A DNA stretch of 63,186 nt, the filler included, from Folioceros fuciformis (Eukaryota), in assembly GCA_049999805.1 (NCBI GenBank). It is 13 parts of 13 records of this genome, joined end to end, with 100 filler letters (N's around TTAATTAATTAA, not from the genome) between each part and the next. Parts side by side here need not be neighbours in the genome. Positions count along the whole stretch, not along the records: positions 20,642 to 30,855 come from JBNGIO010000877.1; positions 30,956 to 36,404 come from JBNGIO010000878.1; positions 36,505 to 43,250 come from JBNGIO010000879.1; 10 more parts are not named here. One strand, given 5' to 3'. Under the pieces are notes generated by a model. The model was given only the letters and a program-made list of their open reading frames with translations. It had not been told where the DNA came from and did not search any database. Below, in pieces: positions 25,834-38,366 of the stretch. How positions within the stretch are numbered: position 1 is the first letter of the stretch; each line of letters opens with the position of its first letter. The position numbers were made by a program, and so were the translations under genes.

Positions 25834-26699
25834 GATGGAGTGAAATCTTGTGTCCGGAGACACCGTGAGGTCCACATTCACCCTCTATGACGTTGTAGTT
25901 GTATGATTCACTGCCAAGGGAATGATTTGTGCCAGAACACTAACCTCTATCACTACTGTCCTTTACCTAAGTCAAGACTCACCTACTACCTACCAGCTCA
26001 TCTACCTAGTTGGCCCAGCTACCATAGGCGCTATGCTATGACTCTGGTTCCCACTCCATGACCGCAATCGCTATTTCCGCGTCCGGTAGTTGTTTCCACG
26101 ATCGTGATGGGACCCACCTAAAACCCTTACTAATATTTTTTGGTGCACGCACCGCCACGGGTTTCCACCACGGGTTTTTGCCCCAGAGGCTTCTAGACTC
26201 ACAGATCTAGTCTTATGGGATGCTCTCTACACATGCAAGTGCAAATCCTTGGGGAACGAGACCCCACGAATCAGCCACACTCCTACACACACAAACAAGG
26301 CTCTCCACACATGCAAAACACGCAAGCACTCGGCTCACACTTGCTTCTCACAAGCCCGCTTCCAAATATCCCCAATCCTCCAGTAATGTCCACAAATCCC
26401 CATCAATCCCTCAGCAATCCTCCACAATTTCCAACGATCTTCAACAATCTTCCACAAACGCCTAGGAATCTCTCATAAATCTTCCAGGAATCATCTCCAA
26501 TCTCCAACAAAAACATCTCCAATCTCCCAACAATTTCATATAGTTTTCCAGTTAGTTCTTCTCAATCTCAATCACTTGCCTCACACCTCACATCGCGTTC
26601 AATGTTTGGCCACACTTCTCTCCTTCTCTTCTCAACTCACTCACACACACACATTCTCTTTACTCACCCCTTCAATCCTCGTCTACACACACTCACTTC

Positions 26700-27240
26700 C
26701 ACACTCAGAATTTCGGAACACGGCTAACAGCTCAAGAAATAGGGGAAGAGAAAACTTTTGGATGACACAGCAGCGTTACGAGCAAGCTCCAGACCTGCCT
26801 CGTGCCAATCCTTCAGCTCTCCTCCCTTGTTAGCAAAACTTGCTGATTCGTACTCCTCACCACCAGCCGTGGAGCAACGCTCTCGACGACCCGTAGGAGC
26901 GCCCACCTAGGCAGTGCGGGGCGCTCAACCCACTACTACCCACCTAGGCAGTGCGGGGATCTCAACCAGGAAGTTGTCTCACACACACTCAAATTTCACA
27001 ACACAACCAATAGTTCAAGGAATATGGGGAGGGGAAACTTCTGGATGACACGGCAGCGTTACAAGCAAGCTCCAGACCCGCCCCACGCTAATCCTTCAAC
27101 TCCCCTCCCATTGTCAGCAAAACTTGCTCATTCGTCCCCCTCATCACCAGCCGCGAAGCAAAGCTCTCCACGACCTCTAGAAGCTTCTCGCACACACTAC
27201 CCACCTAGGCAGTGCGAGGATCTCGACCGGGAAGCTGTCT
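26700..27240 (+). repeat. Two diverged tandem copies of about 270-280 bp inside a probable LTR-like segment (about 25850-27430)
   Basis: 26700-26980 and 26981-27240 share GGATGACAC...CAGCGTTAC(G/A)AGCAAGCTCCAGACC...CCCACCTAGGCAGTGCG; TATAAAGAGGC on minus at about 27261-27271. Confidence 0.75.
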
Positions 27241-27836
27241 AATTAGAAAGGCACCAACAGGCCTCTTTATACAAAGTTTGCAGAGTGGGTGCCACAGCCC
27301 ACCATAAATTCTAGGTCTAAAAACAGTCAACTTGAAAGGTGCCCTTAATTATGGGCGACATCAGGTCCAAGATAGCATCTTACTAAATCTTATCTAAATT
27401 CTATTTTAAGATGTAATAACTCTTAGCCTACCTTAGCGCCGCGCCCTCCTCCTATCCGTTCGTTTGGCCCTCCTTCCTTTGCCATTAAATCCCCAGGCTC
27501 TCCCTCCTCGTTGCCGGTCAAGCAAGTCCTCCCATAAAATCTCCACCTCGCTCCCACTACTGGCTGACCTCTCCTGGCAAGGCATAGGTGGGGCCCGCCT
27601 CGAAGTCCTCTCTTCTTCCTCTGGCCGCCTGTTACTAAGGACCATCACTGGTTCTTTCTCCACCCAAGCATGTGCCTCCTCTTCCGTGAGCTCTTTCAAG
27701 ATTGCCTCGCATAACAAGGGGTTAATCCCCATACCCTGACACAATGGAAGAAGCATCCATTCTGGGTCCTCACTTGCAGACGGTAGGCCCTGGTCCCTCC
27801 TATTCCCACACGCACATGGACAGTAAGGTTAAGTAT

Positions 27837-30628
27837 TGTTACGATAAAGATATCTCCTAATTAAACCTAAACATAACATCACATATATAGTGGTCGTATG
27901 AGCTAGGGTTGTACACGAAAGGACACACAGATATTGTATTTAAAAAATTTTGTATGTCATTATTAATTAATCAAGCCACAAGAGCTAACAGTAAGTTTTC
28001 TCGCTCCCACTCGAGAATTTACATGGTATCAGAGCATGGTGCTTTGTCCCGGTTCTAAGAATGCCGAGGCAGGGCGGCCGTAGGGGAAATCGACGTAGTG
28101 CACTTCCAGAACAGCAACATCAGGAAGTCTACCCATGAAGACGTCTAGCAATTTTCCCAACGGATGCTTTGCTGGACCCCTACGAGCACGAATTCCCTGC
28201 ACTCCGATTTTGGCATCATGTGGCCCAGCGCAACACTCATTGCGGATCAGCTCACGTTCTCAGCAACAATCAGGAGATTGAATGCCCGCACAAAGAGCAC
28301 TGCTGGAAGAGAGGGAGGAATCTAGAATTGCTACTCAGACGGAGAATCGGAGCATCCTCCTCCATCAGATACTCACCTCTGCCACAACAGCGAAGAATCA
28401 GCACCATTTCTAGCGCCGCACAATTCAAGAATGACACCAACGGGAGTTCTACATTGGCCGCCTTGGCTCGTGCGGAGGAAATGTTAACCCTGTCGCTCAC
28501 TAACCAAGAATCCAACAAGAGCAGAGTTGAGAACCTTAGTCGCAACACACAGTCAGCCATCTCAAATTGCAAGCTTGAAATCAGGGAGGACCTTAATTAT
28601 ATTATTCATTCTCTGCAAATGATGAACCTGAGATTGTAGAATTTGGAGACTAGCAGAGATTATTCTGTTGCTGGACAGAAAGTTCCTGACTTCTGATTTT
28701 TCCGCTGCGACCGAGTGGAGCGCCCTGGCGTAGGAGCAATTCTAGCCAGGATTCGAAGGGGCGTGACTAAGCCCACACCCCTTCGCTTGATACTCTTGTG
28801 TTGATTGCTATTCGTCCATCTCGTGGGCGTCTATTCACAGGACAAGGACACGTCGGTGAGGAGTAAACCCTAATTACCAGTTTTTTAGTTTTCTCAAACA
28901 CCACCATTTTTTTTAGGGCTATGTTTAACGCAACCGTTCACTAGTGCATGAAAGGAAGTTGAGGAGTTTCAGCATGAGGAGGGCATGATTTGTGTAGCAT
29001 TCCCCACCTTCTGTTGAACCCCCTTTCCTGCAAAGTGCTAGTTATTTTCCCAAACTTCAAAGATGCAGGCCAGGGTTCTTATCTGTGAGTCAGGGACCGC
29101 TAGGTAATCGTATATGTCCTCTTACGTTTTTGATATTGACGACTATTTTTCTTGGGTATTTCCCTCTTCACCCCTAATGGCTGCTCCAAACCTTGCATTA
29201 ACTTTCACTTCTGAGCTGAAAGAGAAGGATCATTGTAGGGGTACAGGTTACCTGATATGGAGAGTCAGAATGAAGGCCATCCTATCAGCCCGTGGAGTCT
29301 GGCCAGTCCTTGACGGTACCATCAAGAAACCGGACCCGGTTACTCACCCTGATCACTCCAGATGGGTTAATCATAATGGAGTGGCTATGGCCCTACTCAT
29401 CAATGGCCTGGATGCAAATCTTGTGCCTAATGTTGAGTTTCTGGATACGGCTGCAGACATCTCGAATCAATTAGAAACCACTTATCATTCCACCAATATG
29501 ATGTCACTATCAACCATGCATATGGAATTTTATGCTTTGAAGATGAAGGAAGGAGAGAAAGTAGCCACACATACCAGCAAGTTTTGGCATCTGAGAGCCC
29601 AGATCACGTCGTTGACTGGACACAAGATGCCGGAGGTCGAAGCTGTATCCCAGCTACTTATTAGTCTCCCTCCATCATACCAAAGTTTTGTCACAGCCCA
29701 AAACGGCCCCGTTAAGCTGGATGCTGGAGCTGCTATCGCTGCTGTCCCCATTGTTGAGGATATCATCGGTGCACTCTACTAGGAGGAACAGGCCCGTGCT
29801 CTCTCTGGTTTTGCTCCTAAGAACAAAGCCAAGAGAGTGTTAGCTGTCAACTCTCGTTTTTCTAAAAGCAAGACAAAATTCAAAGGTGGAAATAACCTTC
29901 CTAGAGGTTCTGGTCAGCGAACTGATTCCGCCAGTTCTTCCACCAAAAGACCAGGATCATGCAACTGGTGTGGCCCTCCTAGCCATTGGGCAAGAGAATG
30001 CCGTAAAAGGAAGGCAGTGAGCCACTGTGACAACCTCGAGCAAATTGTCAACGAGAAACATCCAGTGGAACCAAAGGCACCAGTTAAAATACTTATTGCC
30101 TGCCTATATAGTTCTACTGATGATTATAGCAGCTGGTACCTTGATTCCGGTGCTATGACACACATATGTAGGGACAGGGAGTTGTTCACTACCCTTAACC
30201 TTGCCCATGTGCATGACAAGGTGTTGCTCGGAGACGAGCAGAGCACCACCAGTCTGTACATAAAGGGTAGAGGTAACTGCACTTTTAGGCTGCATGACGA
30301 TACATATCTAAGATTAGATGGTGTAATGTACGTGCCAGACATGGCCAAAAACCTCATGTCTATGAGTTAGTTACTGCAATTGCGTACCTTTTGCATGCGT
30401 GCCAATTTCAATCACTGTTCCTTTTATAGGAAGGCATACCCCGATGCGTGTGTTTTCAAGAGCATTCTAGACCATGACCTGTATAGGCTGAATATTACTC
30501 GCAGTCCTGCTCCTATATCTTAGTATGCTGCACACTCCACGTCAAGGGGTTTAGCCAATTGAAGGCAGGAGGAAATTTTGTGGCATGCCAGATTAGGCCC
30601 CGTGAATAGGTCTAAGCTCATAGACATG
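27837..30628 (+). mobile_element. Ty1/Copia element, 5' part (187-bp LTR, PBS, leader ORF, gag, protease); same family as 20642-25110
   Basis: LTR 27837-28023 (TGTTAC...TTTACA), PBS TGGTATCAGAGC 28024-28035, gag 29114-29782, CNWCGPPSHWAREC and WYLDSGAMTHIC (29837-30370); interrupted at about 30629 by unrelated sequence starting TGTAGAGG. Confidence 0.95.
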
Positions 30629-31006
30629 TGTAGAGGAAAAAAACTTTTGGGACTCCCATTTTGAAGGACAGAATGCACAGGTTGCGATTTTTTTTGTGCG
30701 AATGCGAGTGAATCGGCTTAGCGTGAGAATAAGACTTGGGTATTCATACCCAAAGTCTCCTTGGCCTTTGGTGTTTCGATGGGACTGAGTGACAGGGCCG
30801 AGGAGAAGTGTGGGCGAGAGTGTCCTTGGCCCTTGGTGGTTCGGGGGTACTCAGGNNNNNNNNNNNNNNNNNNNNNNNNNNNNNNNNNNNNNNNNNNNNT
30901 TAATTAATTAANNNNNNNNNNNNNNNNNNNNNNNNNNNNNNNNNNNNNNNNNNNNTTAGCTATAGTCAAATCTAGCAAATGATTATGTAATGATACTTAA
31001 CAAGCC

Positions 31007-31351
31007 ATGCCAGGTGAGGGGCAACCCGCTTCCGCGACTGGCGGATCACGGGAGGGTCTTGGGAATATAGACGTTCGATCTAGAGCAGGTGCTGAGAAGG
31101 GGAGAGCGTGGATTGACGAGGCTCTTAATTTGGTAGAGGCCATCATGGACCAAAAGTTCATGGTCACTTTTGGACAGCTCCTCAGGGACACCCCACGATA
31201 CCGGCAGCAAGTATGGCGGCCGCTGAACGCTACCCAGCCTAAGAAAAAGCAAAGCATGCCGAGAGTAAGATCGAGACCCCTTGCTATGAACCTGGTGGCT
31301 ATGACGGATCAAGGACTAGCGGAGTTACAAATAGAAATTGCAGGTTGTGTG
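31007..31351 (+). mobile_element. Gypsy-like gag/protease-junction fragment
   Basis: FMVTFGQLLRDTPRYRQQV...AELQIEIAGC resembles the region preceding Gypsy aspartic proteases; recognised by eye. Confidence 0.5.
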
Positions 31352-31372
31352 TTTAGGGTTTAGGTTTAGGTT

Positions 31373-34300
31373 CCTTTTGGAACTGCAAGATGAAGGATGG
31401 TGAGAGCGTGGAAGATCACGTTATGCGATTTCGCCATCTACGTCAAAAATTAGCATCTGCAGGCACCAAGGTTACTGAATTACAGGCTTTCGTAGCACTG
31501 TTAATGTCACTCCCGGAAAAATACTGGATCTTTGTTAGTACACAAAACAGTAATCTCAAATCTATTGTAGCTGGAGCAGTCTCCTTGTCTAACACAATAG
31601 GTGCCCTCCTTGAGGAGGAGGCAACACTTACCTTGTCCCGGCAGCATGCTTCGCAAAGCAGTAGAGCTCTCTTCTCATCGAGTGGTGGTCGTGGCATTCG
31701 AGGAGGGCGCTATGCCCAATGTGGACGAGGAAGAGGCATGTCTTCAGGGTTTCAAACAAACAAGCACATCATCTATAACTGGCGCAGAATACCTGGGCAT
31801 GTAGAGAATGACTGTAGGAAAAAGAAAGTAGGTGAGCCAAGGAAACTTGCACAAGGAGAAGCAAACATGTCAGTTAAGACCAAGAATGCGTCCACGATAC
31901 TGGCAGTTTACCTTGCTCATGCCAAAGTGGAGAGGAATCGGTGGTTTGTAGATTTTGGAGTGTCCACAAATATCTGCCACTGTAAAAAGGATTTCTCGAC
32001 TTATACTAGCATGGACCCAGGACATTATGTCCTTCTGGGCGATGAAAGTGGTTTACAGATAGCTGGAGTGGGAGAAGTTCCCTTACTCTTGGCAGATGGA
32101 TCAATTCGACATCTGCGAGAAGTGCTCCGCGTTCCACAGATGAGAAAGAATCTCATCTCAGTAAGACAAGTCTGTAAAGACTGGGGTGTAACGATTGAAT
32201 TTGATGATGAAACCTGTTGGTTAAGAGATATGGCCTCAAAGGAGATCTTGATGACTGCAAAAATGGAGTCCGACCTGTATCTGCTTGATTGTACGTCTGC
32301 AAAATCCTCACAAGCAGCTCATGCATATTTGGGGGTCAGGACTCAGTAGAATGATGCCACTTATATCTGGCACTGTAGACTAGGGTACCCTAGTCTCAAA
32401 CGCATGGAGGCCATCTTCAGAGGAAATTTGTATAAGGATACACCCAAGCTAACGCTCTCCATCGAACTATTCTGTGAAGCGTGTGAAATTGCAAAGTCAA
32501 AGTATAAAAGTCCTAAAACATCCAATGCAAGTAAACCTTCAGACCTGCTGGAAGTTGTTCATACAGACTTGTGTGGCCCCATGTCCATTACCTCGCTAGG
32601 TGGATCTCGTTACTTTATGGCTATCACCGATGACTGGAGTCGGTCTATAGTCACTTATTTTCTTCATCTGAAGACGGAAGCGTTGGACAGGTTCTTTGAA
32701 TACCTGTTCTATGCACAACGGTCCACTGGCAGGCAGCTCAAAGCAATTAGAACCGATAACGACGTGGAATTTATCATTGATGCTTTCAATAAGTTTTGCA
32801 CGGAAAGAGGGATAGCTCGACAATTTACTGTGCCATACAACTCCAGCCAGAACGCAATTGCTGAATTGAAAAACAAGTATCTTCAAGAGTGTGCGAGATC
32901 ACTCCTTACTCAATCCAAACTGCATAAAAGGTACTGGGCAGAAGCTGTTCAAACGGCGACTTATTTGCATAATCGACTACCGACCACGGTGTTTGAAGCA
33001 GCCACACTGTTTGAACGCTGGACGGGCCGCAAACCGAGAATAGATCACCTACAGATTTTTGGTGCGCCCATCTATGCTCATGTTCCAGCACAACTTCCAA
33101 GGAAGTTTGATGATAGAGCCAAGAAGCTCATATTTGTGGGATATTCTGAATAGGTCAAAGGTTATAAGACTTATGATCCAGAAACACGTAGTGTTAGCTT
33201 CACACGTTCTGCTAAATTTCATGAACAACAACTGTTCGCCACAGCACCGCAGAGTATTCCTACATTAACTCCATCTATGCCCAGTACTGATGAGCAAGAG
33301 GATGTCTTGGAATTTGAACTTGAAGATGATTCCAGTCTAGGTCCACCTCCGCCTTCATAGATTCCATCCTCTACTGACTCCACTACTGTATTTGATAATG
33401 TCGAAGATTTGTTGGAACCTACAGTTGAGGAGCCACATGAGGAGGTTAGTCAACCGCCTCTACGGCGTTCTACGAGGCATCATACCTCATCTCCCCTTGA
33501 ATGGCATGAGGTTCCCCTTGCTATGTAGGATCATTTGTTCAGTGGGAGTACTCAATTGTCAGTTTCTGACATCCCTTCACATGGTATGGCACTCATGGCC
33601 AAGGCCCTCCTGGCAGCACAAGATTTAGGTGAGCCTGCTACTTTATCCGAAGCTCTAAGTGGCCCTAATAAGGACAAATGGCAAGATGCAGTTAACTCTG
33701 AATATGCATCCATCATCGAAAATCGTACTTGGCAGCTTGTTCCTCTGCCCTCGGGGAGGAGGCCAATTACTTGCCGCTGGGTATTCAAAACAAAGCTAAA
33801 TCTTGACGGCAGCATAGCCAGGTACAAAGCGAGGCTTGTCGTGTGTGGCTTCACTCAATGAGAAGGAATCGATTACTTCGAGACTTTTTCACCTGTTGTC
33901 AAAACGTCGTCAATACGTACCCTCTTAGCATTGGCAGCTTAGGGAGGATTTCTGGTACACCAGATGGATGTTCAAACAGCCTTCCTGAACGGCATTCTCA
34001 AAGAGGAAGTTTACATGTGTCAACCTAAGGGATTTGTAGATAAAAACCGACCTACAGACGTTTGCAAACTGCTGAAAATCTTGTATGGTCTAAAGCAATC
34101 TCCCAAAGAGTGGAACAGAAGACTACATAAGTATCTCCTTTGTAAGGGATTTGTTCAATCTGCCTCTGATAGCTGCATGTACATCTATAGAAAAGGAGAT
34201 CAGGTGACATACCTGGCGGTGTACGTCGACGACACTTTGATACTATCTTCGTCGTCAGCAGTCATGGAGGAGGTTAAGCAAATTCTCAAGTCAAAGTTTA

Positions 34301-35925
34301 AGATGATTGATCTCGGCCAAGCTTCTTTCTTCCTTGGAGTGCAGGCTGAGCTGCTCACGACACCTAGTAGGATTGTGATACATTAGAGACATTATATTCA
34401 GAGGTTGCTGGAAAAGTTTAATATGACTATTGCTAAGCCTGTGAACACACCTGTAGCAACAGGTGCGTTGCTCAATAAGGAGCAGTCTCCTAAGACGCTG
34501 GAGGAAGAGAAGCAGATGCAGTAAGTTCCGTACCGGGTACTTGTGGGATGTTTGCTCTGGGTGGCAAATTGGACCAGGCCCGAATAGCTTTTGCGACGTC
34601 ACTGGTTTCACAATATTCGGTTAATCCAGGACCCGCACACTGGGGAGCAGCAAAACGCATACTCAAGTATTCAAAAGGAACTGCAGATTTGGGCCTAGTC
34701 TATACACAACAGAGCGAATCACAGAGTATCATTGAAATGCATGCGTGGTCAGACTTCGACTGGGCATCGGACACTGATACTAGAAGGTCAATCACAGCAT
34801 ATTGCATCAAACTTGTGGGCAGTGTTTTTACCTAGTCTTCAAAGAAACAGAGTGTGGTTGCGCTATCACCCACGGAAGCAGAGTATATAGCTGCCGTGAG
34901 TGTGGTCCAGGAGATCATGCATATGAGAGCGTTGCTTGATTCCCTGGGACATACACAGAAGCAGGCCACAATACTCAAGTGCGATAATCAGTCCGCTATT
35001 GCATTGAGCAAAAATCCAGTTATGCATTCAAGGACGAGGCACATGGACGTTAAGTTGCATTTCATCAGGAAAGCGATAGAAGATGGGCACATCAGGGTAG
35101 AATATGTGCCGACAGCTGAAAACGTGGCAGACATTCTTACCAAGTCTTTGCCTAGGGCAAAGCATGAAGAGCATGTAGCAGCACTAGGACTGACCAACCT
35201 GGAGAGGATTCAACAATCAAAAGCACAAACAAGCAAGACGTAGATTCTTCAGCACTTCACAACTTGCAGCGTTGAATTGAATATCATCACCATAGAGCCG
35301 TCATCCGAGACATGTGACTGGTGTAGTGTCAGCCGCATGGCCGGATAGCGTGAGGTTGTAGGAAGAGTGCGCAACGAGTCGACAGTTGCTGCACTCAACC
35401 CTTGAGCTTTCGCTAGGCGGCGATGCCACAATTGAAGCTGGTGGCGAGCTCTCTCTTCACTTATCGTGGGTGGAGAGCTTGAGTGGGAGTTGTGACGACG
35501 CCACTCCGTCACCATGGTTGCGTGGTAAAACGCGAGAAGAATTGTCAGGTATGCTTGGTGGTACGCCTGAATGTAGCTAAGAAAGCTGCCGTAGTTATGA
35601 ATGTAAAGGATCAGCGCACCGAATTGCAACATCGTGAGAGATGGTCAAGCTGTCAGCAGTAGCTGGCGGCCGGGCCAAGTTCGAGAAGTTCAAGACTGAA
35701 CGGCTGCCGCTACGACTAAGTGGGAGTAAAGAAGTATCGAAGAGTAGTCTAGGGTAGCCGCCTGGATAGCTAAATAGGAAAAAAACCTAATTACTTATTT
35801 ATATATATTCGTAAATAGCCCTAGATTTAATAGTCACGTGAACGTAAACTCCAACGGTTGTAACCGTCAGCCGCATGCTATGTAAACGTTTGATTCACAG
35901 TAAAATGCATCTTTGATGAATTCTA
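31373..35925 (+). mobile_element. Ty1/Copia element lacking its 5' end (partial gag, PR, INT, RT, RH, 3' region, PPT, LTR); degenerate
   Basis: ORFs 31390-32349, 32404-33153 (VHTDLCGPM), 33964-34386 ([15 protein letters not shown]), 34854-35243 (ALSPTEAEY); PPT CTAAGTGGGAG about 35716-35726; LTR end approximate. Confidence 0.93.
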
Positions 35926-36505
35926 GATGTCCGAACCCGTGGCAGATCACAGGCCAACAAGGGGACAGGAGAGCCTACCAGGAAGGGAGAACGGGAAAGG
36001 AAAAGCAAAAAGGGGTGGGCTGTGTTCTCTGGCACGTCTAGGCCTTACGGGATGCCTTGACCTCAATCAACGGGGAAGAGAAGGAAGAGCAACCTCCGCC
36101 GATTCAAGAGGTAGTTTCGATTTGCCAGCCGGCGGTTGAGAAGGAGAATCTAGAAAAAGAGAGGGCGAGTATTGATCCTGCGATGCACACTAAAGGTGGT
36201 GCCTGGACAGGGGAAAATCGAATCCATGAAACCAAAGAAGCAGGAGGAACCTCGCGATTTAAGAACTTGAGAGCGTTAGGATTTCCACTAGATGTCCGGA
36301 AGGAGGTAATGGAAATGATTCGAGAAGAGCTGGAGCAGACCACGACACACCCAGCCATGTTACGGGTTAAGCTGCCATATGGTTAACTTATCATATTTAG
36401 ATATNNNNNNNNNNNNNNNNNNNNNNNNNNNNNNNNNNNNNNNNNNNNTTAATTAATTAANNNNNNNNNNNNNNNNNNNNNNNNNNNNNNNNNNNNNNNN
36501 NNNNG

Positions 36506-36667
36506 GGGGGTACACTGGGGATTGCGTACCTGCACCACGAGGCAAGCCAGCCGATTTTCCATAGAGCCATCAAGGCTAACAACATTCGGCTGGATGGAAA
36601 GCGGAATGCTAAGGTTGCGGATTTCGGGCTGTTAAAGCTGGTGCCGGTGCGGAGCAGGGGGGGTTGA
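36506..36667 (+). pseudogene. RLK/Pelle-family protein kinase fragment (subdomains VIa-VII), probably non-functional
   Basis: Not in the ORF track. From 36515: [47 protein letters not shown] is HRA and the frame stops at 36665-36667 before the activation loop. Confidence 0.8.
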
Positions 36668-37149
36668 GTCTGGGGCATAGGTCGACGGTGGTGAAGATCT
36701 TGAAGAAGCATCATAACTAGACCGGGGGTGTCCTTTGCATGTCTTATATCCAGACTGTCCTGCACCGGCCTTCTACACGACGGAGCTACGGCCTCAGCTG
36801 GTGAAAGACTGTAAGGGGACTTATCTTACTTGTTTCCTATGCCACCCACTTCCCAGCAGTAGCCTGCTATGGAAGCCCTCCTATTCGATGAGGGTGAAGA
36901 CAGTGTGGGCTTCGTAAAGCTCTTGGGATGATGTTGAGCGGACGGATCGAAGCCATGAGCGCGAGCAATGGGCAGCTGGGGGCGCATCCCTCCTCAAGTA
37001 GCCTGGCTTGCTGCAAGCTCTTACTTAACATCCTAGAGAATCTCCAAAGTCAGGTTGCAGCCAGTCTCGAGATTCATTTCCAGTTCAAGGGGTTTGCGGA
37101 TAAGTGGGAGAAGGGGCAGATTTAGACTCTAAATGTTGCAGATGATCTG

Positions 37150-38366
37150 AGGGAAAGGAATGATCTGATCCGAGAGAGGGGAGGAGATCGTTGAGAAGCA
37201 CTCCTGATTTTTGGTAGATGCGAGGGATTGATAATTTTGGATATAGATGCGAGGGATTGATAATTTTGGATATAGATGCGAGGGATTGATAATTTTGGAT
37301 AGAGGGCAACCAACGGTGTCAAGGGGTAACGGGCAATTAGAAGCGGGGGAAGGTTAGGGTTAGGGTGCTTGGTTGGGATCAGAACTAGGTCTGATTAGGT
37401 CTAGATCTGATTAGGTCAAACCTAGGTTAGGTTAGGTCAGACCTAGGTTAGGTTAGGTCAGACCTAAGATAGATTAGGTCATACCTAGGTTAGGATAAGA
37501 TCATACCTAGGTTAGGATTAGGTCATTCCTAGGTTAGGTTTAGGTCAGACTTAGGTTAGGTTTAGGTCAGGCTTAGGTTAGGTTTAGGTCAGGACTAGGA
37601 GTAGGTATGGTTTAGGACAGAGAGAGATGGTTAAGTGGATGTTTCAGGTTAACCCTAGTAGACAGAGATGGAGGACTAGGCCAAGGCAGTGTAAGAGGGC
37701 AAACCTGCCATTGAGGAGGGGGGTCTACGGTGTGATTTCCCTCGACCTTGTGTGCAAACTCCCAGCCTAGAGTGCTGAGCCGGCTTGAGACTAAATTGAG
37801 GGCTTGATTCCCCTTGCCACTAGGGGGACGTGGTGGATCCCAAGACTGCCGAGATCCGTGTGGCCGGATCCGCAATGGCTGACTATTTTGTAAGCTGGCG
37901 GAGGTGAAGTGATAGGACCGTGAGCCAGGACGGCTATCCAGTCCTAGTATCCACACCCATGCTTGAAAACTGCGAGAAGCAAGTGGGTGAGCTGAAGCAA
38001 CTGGGGAAGTGTTGGGGTGAAGTGACGTAAAGTATGAGCTGTTGGAGTGCAGGAGTGTGAGCGAAGTGAAGGGTGAATGACTGAAGTAAAGAGGTGATGG
38101 GCTGAAGTGGAGATCATGAAGGGCTGAAGGATTGAAGTGCTGGCTTGTGAGATTTGTGGATTGAGATGAAGATAGGCTAGGATTCTGACCTTTTTGCTGG
38201 CGTACGATTAGGCCTAGAGACCAGCTGATAGGTAGAAGTGAGTGCAGGGAATTGTAGGTATCCTTAGCACTAGTTCACTCCCGTGGAAGCAAATCATAAG
38301 ATTGCAATGACACTAAGGGAAAGTGTGGTCCTTCGATGGTTCTTGGGTGCAAGAAATCACTCCACA
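37150..38366 (+). mobile_element. Second copy of the TTAGG-array LTR family
   Basis: Reverse-complement homologue of 10014-11213, ending GAAATCACTCCACA at 38366; array at about 37350-37612; 3 x 29-bp tandem TAGATGCGAGGGATTGATAATTTTGGATA at 37215-37301; left end approximate. Confidence 0.8.
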
